Positions 1 through 11,071 of a DNA stretch of 64,000 nt are shown in pieces (the stretch's first letter is position 1; each line of letters opens with the position of its first letter). The notes beneath the pieces were generated by a model. The model made no database searches, was not told the origin of the DNA, and saw nothing but the letters and a program-made list of their open reading frames with translations. Position numbers and translations under genes: made by a program. This stretch comes from Squalus acanthias (lineage: Eukaryota): contig CM059432.1 in NCBI GenBank assembly GCA_030390025.1, positions 806,001 to 870,000 of the forward strand. Direction: 5' to 3'.

Positions 1-1022
1 TGGCGCATTATCCCCCCTTGTCCTCCTTGACCTCTCTGTAGCATTTGATATGGTCGACCATACCATCTGCCTCTGACGCCTCTCCTCAGCTGTCTGCTGC
101 CCTCACTTGGTTCCACTCTTACCTATCTAATCGTAGCCAGAGTATCTCTACCAATGGCCTCCCCCGACCCCTGCAGCATCATCCTAGGACTCCTGCAAGG
201 ATCCATCCTTGACCCCTCATCCTTCAGAGTTACATGCTGCTTGATGGGCCGAATGGCCTCCTTCAGTGCCGTTATGACTTTATGACTCTTGGTGGCATCA
301 TTCGCAGACATGGGGTCAACTTCCACATGTAAGCTAGCGTTACCCTCCACCTCTACCTCTACCTCTACCTCTACCTCTCCACCACCTCTCTTGGCCCATC
401 CACTGACTGTATTGTCAGGCTGCTTGTCTCACATTGAGGGCTGAATTTTGCCGGTGCTCAGAGGGCGGGTTTGGAGGCGGGTCCACTGTCAAAATCCAAA
501 TGATTGACAGTGGGGCGGTATCCCGCTCTAAACCCGCCTCCTTGTGAGTTTCCCTAGTGCCGGTTCTGCCTGCGCTTTGCAGACCCAGCACTAAGCGGCG
601 GGTCATTCAATTGTGTTTCATTCAATTCAAAGGTGTTTAAACCAATTTACTCACCATTTTAGTAGGCACAACGTATTTTCCCAAGTTTTCCAGGAGGTTC
701 CCGTCACTCGGGGATCGCGCCAGGTCAGTCTGTCGCGTTCTGAACAACTCTCCATTTCTTTCAATAGGTGACAGCTCCGAAGGTGGTTTAAAACCTGCCA
801 TTTTACAGCTGCTCACTTTCCACTCTCAGAAGCTTCAGGCTTGAGTATTTGGAACAGATTTTTAAGCTTTATGCATTTGGGAAGTGTTTGCAGTAAACTC
901 CCTATTCACTGTCACCTCCTTGCAACATCATATCTCACCCTTGATAGATTGGTTCTGTCATCTGAACCTCACCTGCCGAATGAATCATCAGAATTGGCAC
1001 GATTTATGCTCTGTTACCTTGA

Positions 1023-2233
1023 TCCTCCGAATCTGATGACGATCAGCCGCAGAAGCAGAACCAGCCACACCTGCAGCAGCAGCAACAACAAGAGCGCCAA
1101 CCTTCTCCTCAACCACCTGATGCTGCACAGGGCAGAGGGCATCAGCGCAGGGCTGCACCGCGCCGGAGGTCACACCCCCAACACATGGTATACAGGCAGA
1201 GGATGAGCTTCCTCAACATGACGGAGCAGCAGTGCCAAAGGAGGCTCAGGCTATCGCGCCAGGTTGTCGCCGACATTTGCGCTTTACTGGAGCAAGACCT
1301 GCAGCCCAGAGGAAGGGGTGGACACTCCTTACCAGTGGCTGTCAAATTCACCCTTGCCCTCAACTTCTTCGCCTCAGGCTCCTTCCAGGCATCTTCAGCA
1401 GATCTTTGCGGCATCTTGCAGTTGGCCGCACACAGATGCACCGCACAGGTAGCCGATGCCCTCTTTAACAAGTCCACAAATTATATTCATTTTGCCACTG
1501 ATGAAGCCAGTGTCAATGAACGTGCGCTTGGCTTTGCCGCTCTAGCTGGCTTTGCATGGGTGCAGGGAGTCATCGACTGCACACATGTGGCCATCAGGGG
1601 ACCCCATCACAACCCAGTAGCATTTGTTAACCGCAAGGGCTTCCACTCCCTCAACGTTCAGCTGGTCTGCAACCATAGGAAGATTATCATCCATGTGTGC
1701 GTCAAGTTCCCTGGCAGCTGCCATGACTCGTACATCCTGCTCCATTCCACTGTCCCTCAGCGCCTCGCACCGCCAAACAGTCTTGGTGGCTGGCCGCTTG
1801 GAGACAAGGGCTATCCCCTGAAGACGTGGCTCATGACACCTTTGAGGAGGCCAACAAACAAGCCTGAGGGATGTTATAATCAAAGCCACATCTCCACGAG
1901 AAGTGTCATCGAGCAGACAGTAGGCTTGCTCAAAATGCGCTTCAGATGCCTCAACAGATCTGGAGGACCCCTTCAGTATGACCAGCTAGGGTCTCGTGAA
2001 TAGTCGTCGTCTGCTGCGCCCTGCACAACATAGCGCAGCAACGAGAATTAGTACTGGATGAGGAAGACGCTGCTGAGCGCAGAGCCTCATCGGAGGACGA
2101 GGAGAGTCACCATCAGGTTGGTTACGAGGATGAGGAACACCTGGACGAGCTGGTGGTCCCATTGCGACCAGTACGCGAGCACGTTGCTGCCCGTCACGCC
2201 AGGGATACCCTTATCAATGGCAGATTTCAATAA
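1023..2233 (+). pseudogene. Harbinger (HARBI1-family DDE) transposase pseudogene
   Basis: ORF 1185-2003 has [31 protein letters not shown] and RSVIEQTVG. Frameshift near 1980 and in-frame TGA at 1997-1999, then VVVCCALHNIA...GRFQ* ending 2233. A Q-rich in-frame extension lies upstream of 1185. Confidence 0.9.
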
Positions 2234-2519
2234 CTTCATGCAGCTCATACATGTGGCTGCCACCCGTGTTCGCAGGTTTGCATCACCCGACACCAACACC
2301 ATGCAGCAGTCAAACAATGATTGGTCCCTTGTTTTGACTCTCACCTCGGTTGCTGGGTGTGAAATGAGCCCTGACCCTTCACTCTGCCACTTTTATTTCA
2401 TCACACAAATTTGCCAATGACCTCCAAGTGTGACAATTAGAAGATTTATTAACAGCACTTCATAGAATACTAACATAACATTGATAAAGAAAGACACACC
2501 CGAGTGACTACCCTTGTGA

Positions 2520-2630
2520 CTATTTGTGTGGGATCTTTCTTTTCCGGGTGCTTTTACGTCGTGCTACCCCTGCGGCTTCAGCAGAGGTAGAGGCAGCCTC
2601 CTCATCTCCGCAACTGACAGTAACTGGGGC
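2520..2630 (-). pseudogene. Possible C-terminal remnant of the Harbinger second (Myb/SANT-like) ORF
   Basis: Minus frame reads APVTVSCGDEEAASTSAEAAGVARRKSTRKRKIPHK*, convergent with the transposase, with a basic NLS-like end. The Myb domain itself is absent. Confidence 0.45.
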
Positions 2631-3298
2631 TATGGCCCCTTTAAATCAACCGGCAATAATCGCGTCATTCGGTGACGTCACCAGACCCGCACCCTTTAAT
2701 AGGGCCGGGAAACGCGCAGGGCGATCCTAACAAAGCCCATTAGGGCAAGATTCGATTTATCGACGGGATCCATGCAGCAGCGGAATCGCCCCCTGCCGTC
2801 GACCTCTCCCGCCTTGAAGCCGCCCAGGTAGGCGAAATCGCGGCCCTTGGATGAGCCGCAATTTCCTCCAGTGAAACATTGGGAAGACCGAAGCCATCAT
2901 CTTCGGCCCCCACCACGTACTCCGTACCATTGCCACCGATTCCATACTCCCTCTCTGGCCATTGTCTCTGGCTAAACCAGACCAGTCACAAATTCAGCTC
3001 CTATTCGACCCAAGGCTGAGCTTTCGACTCCATATCCTCTCGATCGCAAAGACTGCCTACATCCCCCTCCATAACATCGCCTGTCTCCACCCCTGCCTCA
3101 GCCCACCTGCTGCTGAAACCCTCAGCTATGCCTTTATCACCTCCAGACACAAATATTCAACCCTCTTCTGGGTGGCCCTCTCATCATTCACCATCTATGA
3201 ACTTCAGATCATCCAGATCTCAGCTGCTTGTATCCTATCCCACACCAAGTCCTGCTCACCCGTCATCCCTGTCCTTGCTGCTATTACATTATCTCTAG

Positions 3299-3773
3299 GT
3301 GTCAGCCCTGGCTCAGTGGGTAGCACACTTGCCTCTGAGTCAGAAGGTTGTGGGATCAAGTCCCGCTCCAGAGACTTGAGCACAAAAATCCAGGCCGACA
3401 CTCCAGCGCAGTACTGAGGGAGCACTGCGCTGTCGGAGGTGCCATCTTTTGGATGAGATGTTAAACCGAGGACCCATCTTCTCTCTCAGGTGGAGGTAAA
3501 AGATCCCCCGGCACTATTTCGAAGAAGAGCAGCGAAGATCTCCTTGATGTCCTGGCCAATATTTATCCCTCAATCAACATCACTAAAACAGATTATCTGG
3601 TCGTTATCACATTGCTGTTTGTGGGAGCTTGCTGTGCGCCAATTGGCTGCCGCGTTTCCTACATTACAACAGTGACTACACTTCAAAAAAAAAGTACTTC
3701 ATTGGCTATAAAGTGCTTTGGGATGTCCGGTGGTCGTGAAAGGCGCTGGATAAATGCAAGTCATTCTTTTCTT
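3299..3773 (+). mobile_element. Full-length tRNA-head Deu-domain SINE (SacSINE1/AmnSINE1-like) with L2-type tail
   Basis: A-box TGGCTCAGTGG, B-box-like GGGATCAAGTCCC, Deu core GGATGAGATGTTAAACCGAGG...AAAGATCCC, and tail AAATGCAAGT shared with L2 3' ends. Many copies in the window. Confidence 0.85.
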
Positions 3774-4354
3774 CCTTAATTCTTCCAATTTAAAATTCTC
3801 ATCCTTGTGTTCAAATCCCTCTAATTGAATGGTGGAACAGGCTCGCGGGGATGAATGGCCTCCTCCTGTTCCTATGCGAGCCTTCACTTCCTGAAAACTG
3901 AAATGCAACCACACACGCACAATATCTGGTCAAACAGAAGCCTTGTACTTTATTTAGCTTACTGGATGTACCATAACACTCTAGATTTCAGAAAGCAGTA
4001 CAATAAACATTCTTATCAGACCTTGGTTTAGGCAAATACTATGGAACACATTTATTAAAAGAAACAGATAAGCAGCAGTAGACAATACAAGAGAACTTTA
4101 GCTAAACCTCCTCGATACCAAAAAAACAAATGATGTGACGCTTCGCTAATTCTCCAGGTTAATATTGGGGCCACAGAGTCTCCAGTGCATAGTTTATTGG
4201 CCTCTAATGAACTGGAGGAGGAATGCCCATGATATAGTCGCTGTCTCATTTGAGGTTCTATCAGGAGCAAAGGAAATCAAATATGTATCTCTCACATTGT
4301 CGAACATCCACAGAACTTAAAACACAGGAGATGTTTGCAGTCCAGGAATGCAGC

Positions 4355-4760
4355 TCTTAAAATTCTCATCCTTGTTTTCAAATCCCTCCATGGCCTCGCC
4401 TCTTCCTATCTCTGTAACCTCCTCCAGTCCCCCCGCCCCCCTGCCCCCCGGCGAGATCTCTACGCCCCTCCAATTCTGGCTTCTTGCGCATCACCAATTT
4501 CCATCACCCCTCCATTGGCAGTCGTGCCTTCAGCTGCCTGGGCCCTAAGTTCTGGAATTCGCTCCCTAAACCTCTCCGCCTCTCTCTCCTCCTTTAAGAC
4601 GCTCTTTAAACTCTACCTCATAGACCAAGCTTTTGGTCATCTGTCCTAAGATCTCCTTCTGTGGCTCGGTGTCAAATTTTGTTTGATAATCGCTCCTGTG
4701 AAGCGCCTCGGGACGTTTTACTATGTTACAGGCGCTGTATAAATGCAAGTTGTTGTTGTA
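4355..4760 (+). mobile_element. L2 LINE 3' end
   Basis: KILILVFKSLHGLA..YL C-terminal motif; ends AAATGCAAG(TTG)n. Confidence 0.85.
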
Positions 4761-5256
4761 AGTTAAAACCTGGATTTAGGAAAGCTAAAGATGAGAACCC
4801 AGTGATCTGCCCAATTCAATAGACTGATAATTATGAGAAGTATTTCCAAATGCACTCGTTCAAATACCCAGCGGCAGCCCACATAGTAGCCATGTGATAC
4901 CAATCCATTTACCACTTAGTCATAAAATCCTTTTGCGCAAATGCGCAAATTGGCTGCCACGTTTCCCACATTACAACAGTGACTACACTTCAAAAGTACT
5001 TCATTGGCTGTTGAGCGCTTTGGGATGTTCTGAGATGGTGAAAGGCGCTATAGAAATGCAAGTGCTTTCTTTTTTCTGAGCATTTATATTTTAACTGATG
5101 GAATAGGAGCTATGCTCAGACATGTAACCATGCATATGAACATACGAAATTAACTTCTCTATGATGCACTCTCTGCCCCAGTCAGGAACCGGTCCAACTC
5201 CCTCCTGAAGGCAGAGAGTCAGCACCCACCACACTAGCCGGCAGCACATTAGAGTC

Positions 5257-6488
5257 GGGTGCGGTAGCATAGTGGTTATGTTACTGGGCTAGTAATCCAG
5301 AGACCAGGACTATGAGTCTATGGGCTGGATTTTGATACTGGGGACGTGATGGAGGTGGGACTCCCACTTTTTGGGTTGTAGTCCCGCCTCCATCGACTTG
5401 TGGCCAACCCACTGCATTTTCACTTGATTGACCTTGTTGAGCCCGCCCAGTGAGCTCAGCAGGCCAATTAAGGGCCACCCGGCAACAGGTGACATCACAG
5501 ATTGACATTTCATCTGTCAAGAGCTTTTGACAGATGAAATATCAGCGTTTGACAGCTCCTTGAAGCTGTCAAACACTGACAATCTGTCTTCTAACTTGAG
5601 TCCTTCCTCTCAGGCTGAGTTAGAAATCATTCCAGCACAGAAAACAGAGGCTGCAGTTTTTGACAGCACCACGGCCATTGTGCTTTCTGTGCCGGTGAGA
5701 TTTCTGAGTCCCGAGACCTGAAGGGCTGACACCTGCAGGAGGAAGTTAAGGTAAGTAAAACTTTTTCCCACACTTTACACTTACCTTACACACTTACCTC
5801 TGCACACATGCACTCATCATTCACCTGCCCACCTCCAACCCCTGCAGACCCACGGTCCGCCTCGCTAACTTGGCGTGGTTGGGACCTGTCGGGAAGCCCA
5901 CATTTCACGAATCAAAATAGGGATTAGGCAACAAACTGCCTGTTAACTACCTGTTAACAGGCAGTTAATTGCCACTAATCCCCTTCCCACCTCGGGGAGG
6001 CGGGTCCCAGCACAGGTCGGGTACCCGCCTCCAACGAAACTGGCATGGAGGCGGGTTGGGGGCGGGATGGGTTCGGGACCCCCGAATCTGCAACTTTAAC
6101 CCCCCACACGCCTTCAAACCCGACTCCACGGGTCAATGAAAATCCAGCCCCATGAGTTCAAATCCCACCATGGCAGCTGGGGAATTTAAATTCAGTTAAT
6201 TAAATAAATTTGGAATTAAAAAGCTAAGTATCAGTAATGGGAATCATGATGGTAATCATGAAACTACTGGATTGTTGTAAAAACCCATCTGGTTCACTAA
6301 TGTCCTTTAGGGAAGGAAATCTGCCAGTCTGGGCCTATATGTTGACTCTTAACTGCCCTCTGAAATGGCCCAGCAAACACTCAGTTATGAAGGTGGTTCA
6401 CTGCCATGTTCTTGAGGGCAATTAGGGATGCACAATAAATGCTGGCCTTTCCAGTGACGCCCACATCCTGTGAATGAATTAAAAAAAA
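5257..6488 (+). mobile_element. Second tRNA-derived SINE family, interrupted by a MITE at 5322-6150
   Basis: A-box TAGCATAGTGG lies before the MITE and B-box GAGTTCAAATCCC after it. The tail matches the LINE end at about 37550-37710. Another copy is at 20051-20493 (-). Confidence 0.75.
5322..6150. mobile_element. Non-autonomous Harbinger-type element (TIR GGGCTGGATTTT)
   Basis: TIRs GGGCTGGATTTT...AAAATCCAGCCC with 3-bp flanks TAT/CAT. Related copies at 47438-48283, 52460-52703 and 56281-56600. Confidence 0.85.
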
Positions 6489-6701
6489 TTCCAGAGGCTC
6501 ATTTACTCTCTGGGGAAAGGAAGAACTGCCCAACATCCAGTCTATTCCCACCCTTACATTGTTTAAACTCATGTCCTCTGGTCCTCCCTCCCCGATCTGT
6601 TAAACTGGAATAATCTATCGATAGGGACACTAACCAGCCTTTCATTATTTTATAGACATCTATCTGGTCACCTCTAAGTCTACGCTGCTCTAAAGTAAAT
6701 A

Positions 6702-6846
6702 TGCCGGTGTTGTCTTTGAGCCTATATATGCTTTGGCGATTCTGTATCTCTTTACTTCACCTGAGGAAGGGGCGATCGATAGCTCCGAAAGCTTGTGATT
6801 TCAAATAAAACTGTTGGACTATAACCTGGTGTTGTGCGACTTCTCA
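6702..6846 (+). mobile_element. Short Penelope-like pLTR-derived insertion
   Basis: Flanked by the direct repeat CTAAAGTAAATA (6690-6701, 6847-6858). Same family as 11801-12030. Confidence 0.7.
6757..6798 (+). ncRNA. Minimal type I hammerhead ribozyme motif
   Basis: TCAC-CTGAGGA-A-GGGGC-loop-GCTCC-GAA-AGCT-T-GTGA: conserved CUGANGA/GAAA core, stems I and II, palindromic helix III. Confidence 0.65.
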
Positions 6847-7324
6847 CTAAAGTAAATAGACCAAGGTCCTTGAGCCTATTCGAGTAGCTGAGGTTCTTTA
6901 AGCTCGGAATCATTCTTGCAGCACTCCTCTGGACCTTTTCCAAGACCACTATATCACCCACCATGTGTGGGGACCAAAACTGGGCCCAGTATTCTAGGTG
7001 CGGTCTGTACAGCGCTCTCCTGGGTAGAAGGATTGGAATCCGAGTCAAACAGGAGCCAGGTAGTGTCGGGAAGACAGTGTAATTTCCTTGTAAACCATAT
7101 GTGAAATGTCTTTAACCAAATCTGTTTTATGCCTTAAACTCCAGTGGTGGGGGGGTGGGGCGGGGAAGTACAAGTATTTACAGTGACAATCAAAACGGTT
7201 TAAGGGAGGGGTGGACTGGCTATATGGGAAATCAGGAAATTCCCCGTGTTCTACCATGAATGGTTCCAGAGGGCTGTATTCCAAAGGGCCTTCCCCTTTT
7301 CCCGTGAGAATCCGCCACCCTTTC

Positions 7325-7580
7325 AACAACAACAACAACAACAACTTGCATTTCTACAGTTCCTTTATCATAGTAAAACGTCCCAAGGTGTTTCACAGGA
7401 GCATTAGCAAACAAAATTTGACACCAAGCCACAAAAGGAGATATCAGGGCAGACGACCAAAAGCTTGGTCAAAGTGTTAGGTTTTGAGGAACGTCCTAAT
7501 GGAGGAGAGAGAGGCGGAAAGGTTTAGGGAGGGAATTCCAGAGCTTGGGGCCCAGGCAGCTGAAGGTGTGATCACCAACT
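7325..7580 (-). mobile_element. L2 LINE 3' end
   Basis: (CAA)n-CTTGCATTT terminus; reverse complement of 4355-4760. Confidence 0.85.
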
Positions 7581-7902
7581 TTCGGAAGCCAGTCTTCCCC
7601 TGATTACCTGGGATGAACTCTTGTGTTAATTTGGATTTTGGTTAAGATTGGGATAGTCAGAGATTTGAGTGCTCCAGAAACAGAAACTGTATTTTATTGC
7701 CCTATTATGTGGAATAACATTTAGAGCAGATAAAACTGTACTGTAGCTGTAGCTATGCACTACTACCCCTACAGTAATCATTAAGAAGTGTTGTAATTGT
7801 TGTAGCTCTAGATTTGTTATTATGTATAACTATACTCCGTATATTCTGCGCCTTGGTACCAGAATAATTCAGTTAACACATTATCAGCTGTTAACTCTTT
7901 CT

Positions 7903-8215
7903 GTCTTTCGGATGAGACGTTAAACTGAGGCCCCACCTGCTCTCTCAGGTGGACGTAAAGGATCCCATGGGACCATTTCAGAGAAGAGCAGGGGGCAGTT
8001 CTCCCGGTGTCCTGGGGCCAATATTTATCCCTCAACCGACATCACTAAAACAGATTATCTGGTCATTATCACATTGCTGTTTGTGGGAGCTTGCTGTGCG
8101 CAAATTGGCTGCCACGTTTCCCACATTACAACAGTGACTACACTTCAAAAAGTACTTCATTGGCTGTAAAGCGCTTTGGGACGTCCTGAGGTCATGAAAG
8201 TCTTTCTTTCTCTTC
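7903..8215 (+). mobile_element. 5'-truncated Deu-domain SINE
   Basis: Matches 3299-3773 from the Deu core to the tail. Confidence 0.85.
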
Positions 8216-8649
8216 AACTTTGTTTGGTAATGAGGAACTTGAAAACAGCTGACAGGTTAAATATTTATGACAAAAGTTCAATCTCTTGGACGAGTTTTCC
8301 TGCTGCCAAGGGGATTGACCATTTAAAATGAGTTTATTATATTAGCTAAGGTACCTACCTCCACCTTTAGTTGCAGTGTAATCTTCCTGCTACCTCCCAC
8401 ATGGTATAGAATGGCATCTTGCTGATCTTTTGCAGGGGAGAAAACCTGATAAACACTTTGCACAGACAGAGCTAAGTACAACTAATGCTCTAACATGTTA
8501 TCATACTATTTTGGTCCATAGAAGTGTGATAACTTCTTACAGCGATGACCAAAAACATTTTATAACATAAAGCACCCATGAGGTGTATCTTGGTCAACCT
8601 CTCTTATAGAGATATTTATCTTGACTTGACTGCTCACAACATATCCTTT

Positions 8650-10795
8650 CATAGAATCATAGAACAGTAGGAGGCCTTTCGGCCCATCGTGCCTGTGCCG
8701 GCTCTTTGAAAGAGTTCTTCTATTAATCCCATTCCCCTTGCCCTTTTCCCATAGCCCTGCAAATGTTTTCCCCTTCAAGTATTTATCCAATTCTCTTTTG
8801 AAAGTTATTATTAAATCTGCTTCCACTGCCCTTTCAGGCAGCGCATTCCAGATCATAACAACTATGATAAATCTTTTTAAAAATCAGTAAGTCATGGTGG
8901 TATTGTACTTCAGAGCGCCAACACTTGGAGCCACGACGTGAGTTTTTTGATCTTAAGCCTGATACCACTTTCACTCAGATCCCAATCTGAGCTAAATGGA
9001 GAGAAGAGATGCAGAGTGCGGGCGGTAGGATCTCTATGCAGGGAGGAGGGGAAATCACGCCCGTTAGTTCCTAGTATCACCTCATGATTTGCTGCATAGG
9101 GAATTGGAGACAGACTGAAACTAAGTGAAGAGCCTGAGTAGCAAGGCCAGGTAGACAGGAGATGGGAGACCTTTCACAAGGTAGAAAAATTACATGAGAA
9201 GAAAATACAAAAAACAGTTGATTATTGTAAAATCATTCCTTTTTGATGTATCTCATTGAAACATATAAGATGCTGAGGGGGCTTGACAGGGTAGATGCTG
9301 AGAGGCTGTTTCCCCTGGCTGGAGTGTCTAGAACCAGGGGTCACAGTTTCAGAATAAGGGGTCGGCCATTTAAGACCGAGATGAGGAGGAATTTCTTCAC
9401 TCAGAGGGTTGTGAATCTTTGGAATTCTTTGCCCCAGAGGGCTGTGAATGCAGAGTCTTTGAGTATATTCAAGGCTGAGATCGATAGATTTTTGGACTCT
9501 AGGGGAATCAAGGGATATGGGGATCGGGCGGGAAAGTGGAGTTGAGGTCGAAGATCAGCCATGATCTTATTGAATGGCGGAGCAGGCTCGAGGGGCCGTA
9601 TGGCCGACTCCTGCTCCTAATTCTTATGTTCTTATTTGTACTACAGATCATTGTTCAAATACAATGGACAAGTGCGGATTAATTAAGGAAAGTCTGCACG
9701 GATTTGTTAAAGGCAAATCGCGTTTAACTAACTTGATTGAGTTTTTGATGAGGTAACAGAGAGGGTTGATGAGGGCAATGCGGTTGATATGGTGTACATG
9801 GCCTCTCAGGTGGACATAAAAGATCCCATGGCACTATTTCGAAGAAGAGCAGGGGAGATCTCCCCAGTGTCCTGGCCAATATTTATCCCACAACCAATAC
9901 CTAAAAAAAAAAGACAATCTGGTCGTTATCACATTGCTGTTTGTGGGAGCTTGCTGTGTGCAAATTGGCTGCCGCGTTTCCGACATTGCAACAGTGACTA
10001 AACTTCAAAAGTACTTCATTGCCTGTAAAGCGCTTTGGGATGTCCTGAGGTCGCGTAAGGCACTATATAAATGCAAGTTTTTCTTTAAATATGTTTAAGG
10101 ATAATTACCTTGGTATTATTTTGGAAAAATGTTGTGCTTTAAGAGCTTAAAAGCCCATTCTTGTTCCAAATTGAACTGGCCCTATTGTGAAAATCCCCTC
10201 AGATTTGGTAACACATTCATTGCAAAACTTCTAAACATAATAATTGGCATAATTATCCACAAATATAGGGTAAATATTTGTAACTCACTGATTACCCAAG
10301 ACATACAAGATGCTTTTTAAAAAGGCCGACCATTTATTTTCCACTGCATATTTCAGCTGGTGATTCGGAGCAAGAGGAATCAATTGCCAATCTTTTAGCC
10401 TTCCTTCACCTCAGGTCTGTAAATGCTGGACTAAAATCACTGTAGTGATATGAGGTGATCCCTGCATAGAATCATAGAATAATAACACCGAAGGAGGCCA
10501 TTCGGCCCATCCAGTCTGTGCCGGCTCTTTCGCAGAGCAATCCAGTTAGTCCCACTCCCCCGCTCTTTCCCCATATCCCTGCAATTTTTTCACTTTCAAT
10601 TATTTATCCAATTCCCTTTTGAAGGCTACTATTAAATTATATCCACCACCCGATCAGGCAGCGCGTTCCAGATCCTAACCCACTCGTTGCGTAAAAAAGT
10701 TTTTCCTCATGTCGCCTCTGGTTGTTTTGCCAATCACCTTAAATCTGTGCCCTCTGGTTATCGACCCTTCAGCCATTAGAAACAGTTTCTCTTTA
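8650..10795. mobile_element. Cluster of CR1 fragments (8650-8860 -, 9245-9635 +, 9650-9800 +, 10467-10795 -) and a SINE fragment (9800-10086 +)
   Basis: TRGH...RRNFFTQRVVNLWNSLP motif, CR1 microsatellite tails, and HGFVKGKS..TNLIEF. Confidence 0.85.
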
Positions 10796-11071
10796 ATATA
10801 TTTTTCAAAAACTCTAGTCAAGAAGTCCAGATTAGACATTGAGCCCTCCACTAAGTCATATTGGCAACTTTAGAAAATTGATTTTGTTTCTTTATTTCAC
10901 CTAATAATAAATAATCAGAATAGGCCATTTATTCTTATGATTTTTTTTGAATTACCGTGCTCTTATTCCATGAGGTTAAGATTAGTCTGGAATCAAGGTG
11001 CACATTTCAACCTGCCCAAACTTAACTGGTTGGATTGAGCCAAACCAACGAGCTCAGTTAATGAATCACGA

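Larger units (their letters stand above)
438..2846 (+). mobile_element. PIF/Harbinger DNA transposon, internally deleted
   Basis: Imperfect TIRs GGGCTGAATTTTGCC (438) and GGCGAAATCGCGGCCC (ends 2846). Contains a Harbinger transposase and interrupts an L2. Confidence 0.85.
1..3285 (+). mobile_element. Degenerate L2-clade LINE RT/3' region, split by a Harbinger insertion (pieces 1-437 and 2847-3285)
   Basis: Decayed RT motifs LLDLSVAFDMVDH and QGSIL, and the L2-type C-terminal LFDPRLSFRLHI..KTAY..LHNIACLHPCLS (ORF 2962-3417). The sequence reads through across the Harbinger. Confidence 0.8.
6500..7020 (-). mobile_element. Old CR1 LINE 3' fragment
   Basis: LYRPHLEYWAQFWSPH...VQRSAARMIPSLKNLSYSNRLKDLGLFTL. 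Confidence 0.8.

Noticed and set aside
1185..2003. Domesticated host gene HARBI1
   Set aside because: It is bounded by TIRs, inserted in an L2, frameshifted and has a premature stop; this is a transposon copy.
3299..3380. tRNA genes at A/B-box sites (also 16408, 22813, 29726)
   Set aside because: These are SINE heads continuous with the Deu core and tail; no complete cloverleaf is evident.
3490..3675. Recurrent small ORF M(D/E)VKDP..LFRRR..WPIFIPQ as a peptide family
   Set aside because: It is a translation of the SINE core, with starts and frames varying between copies.
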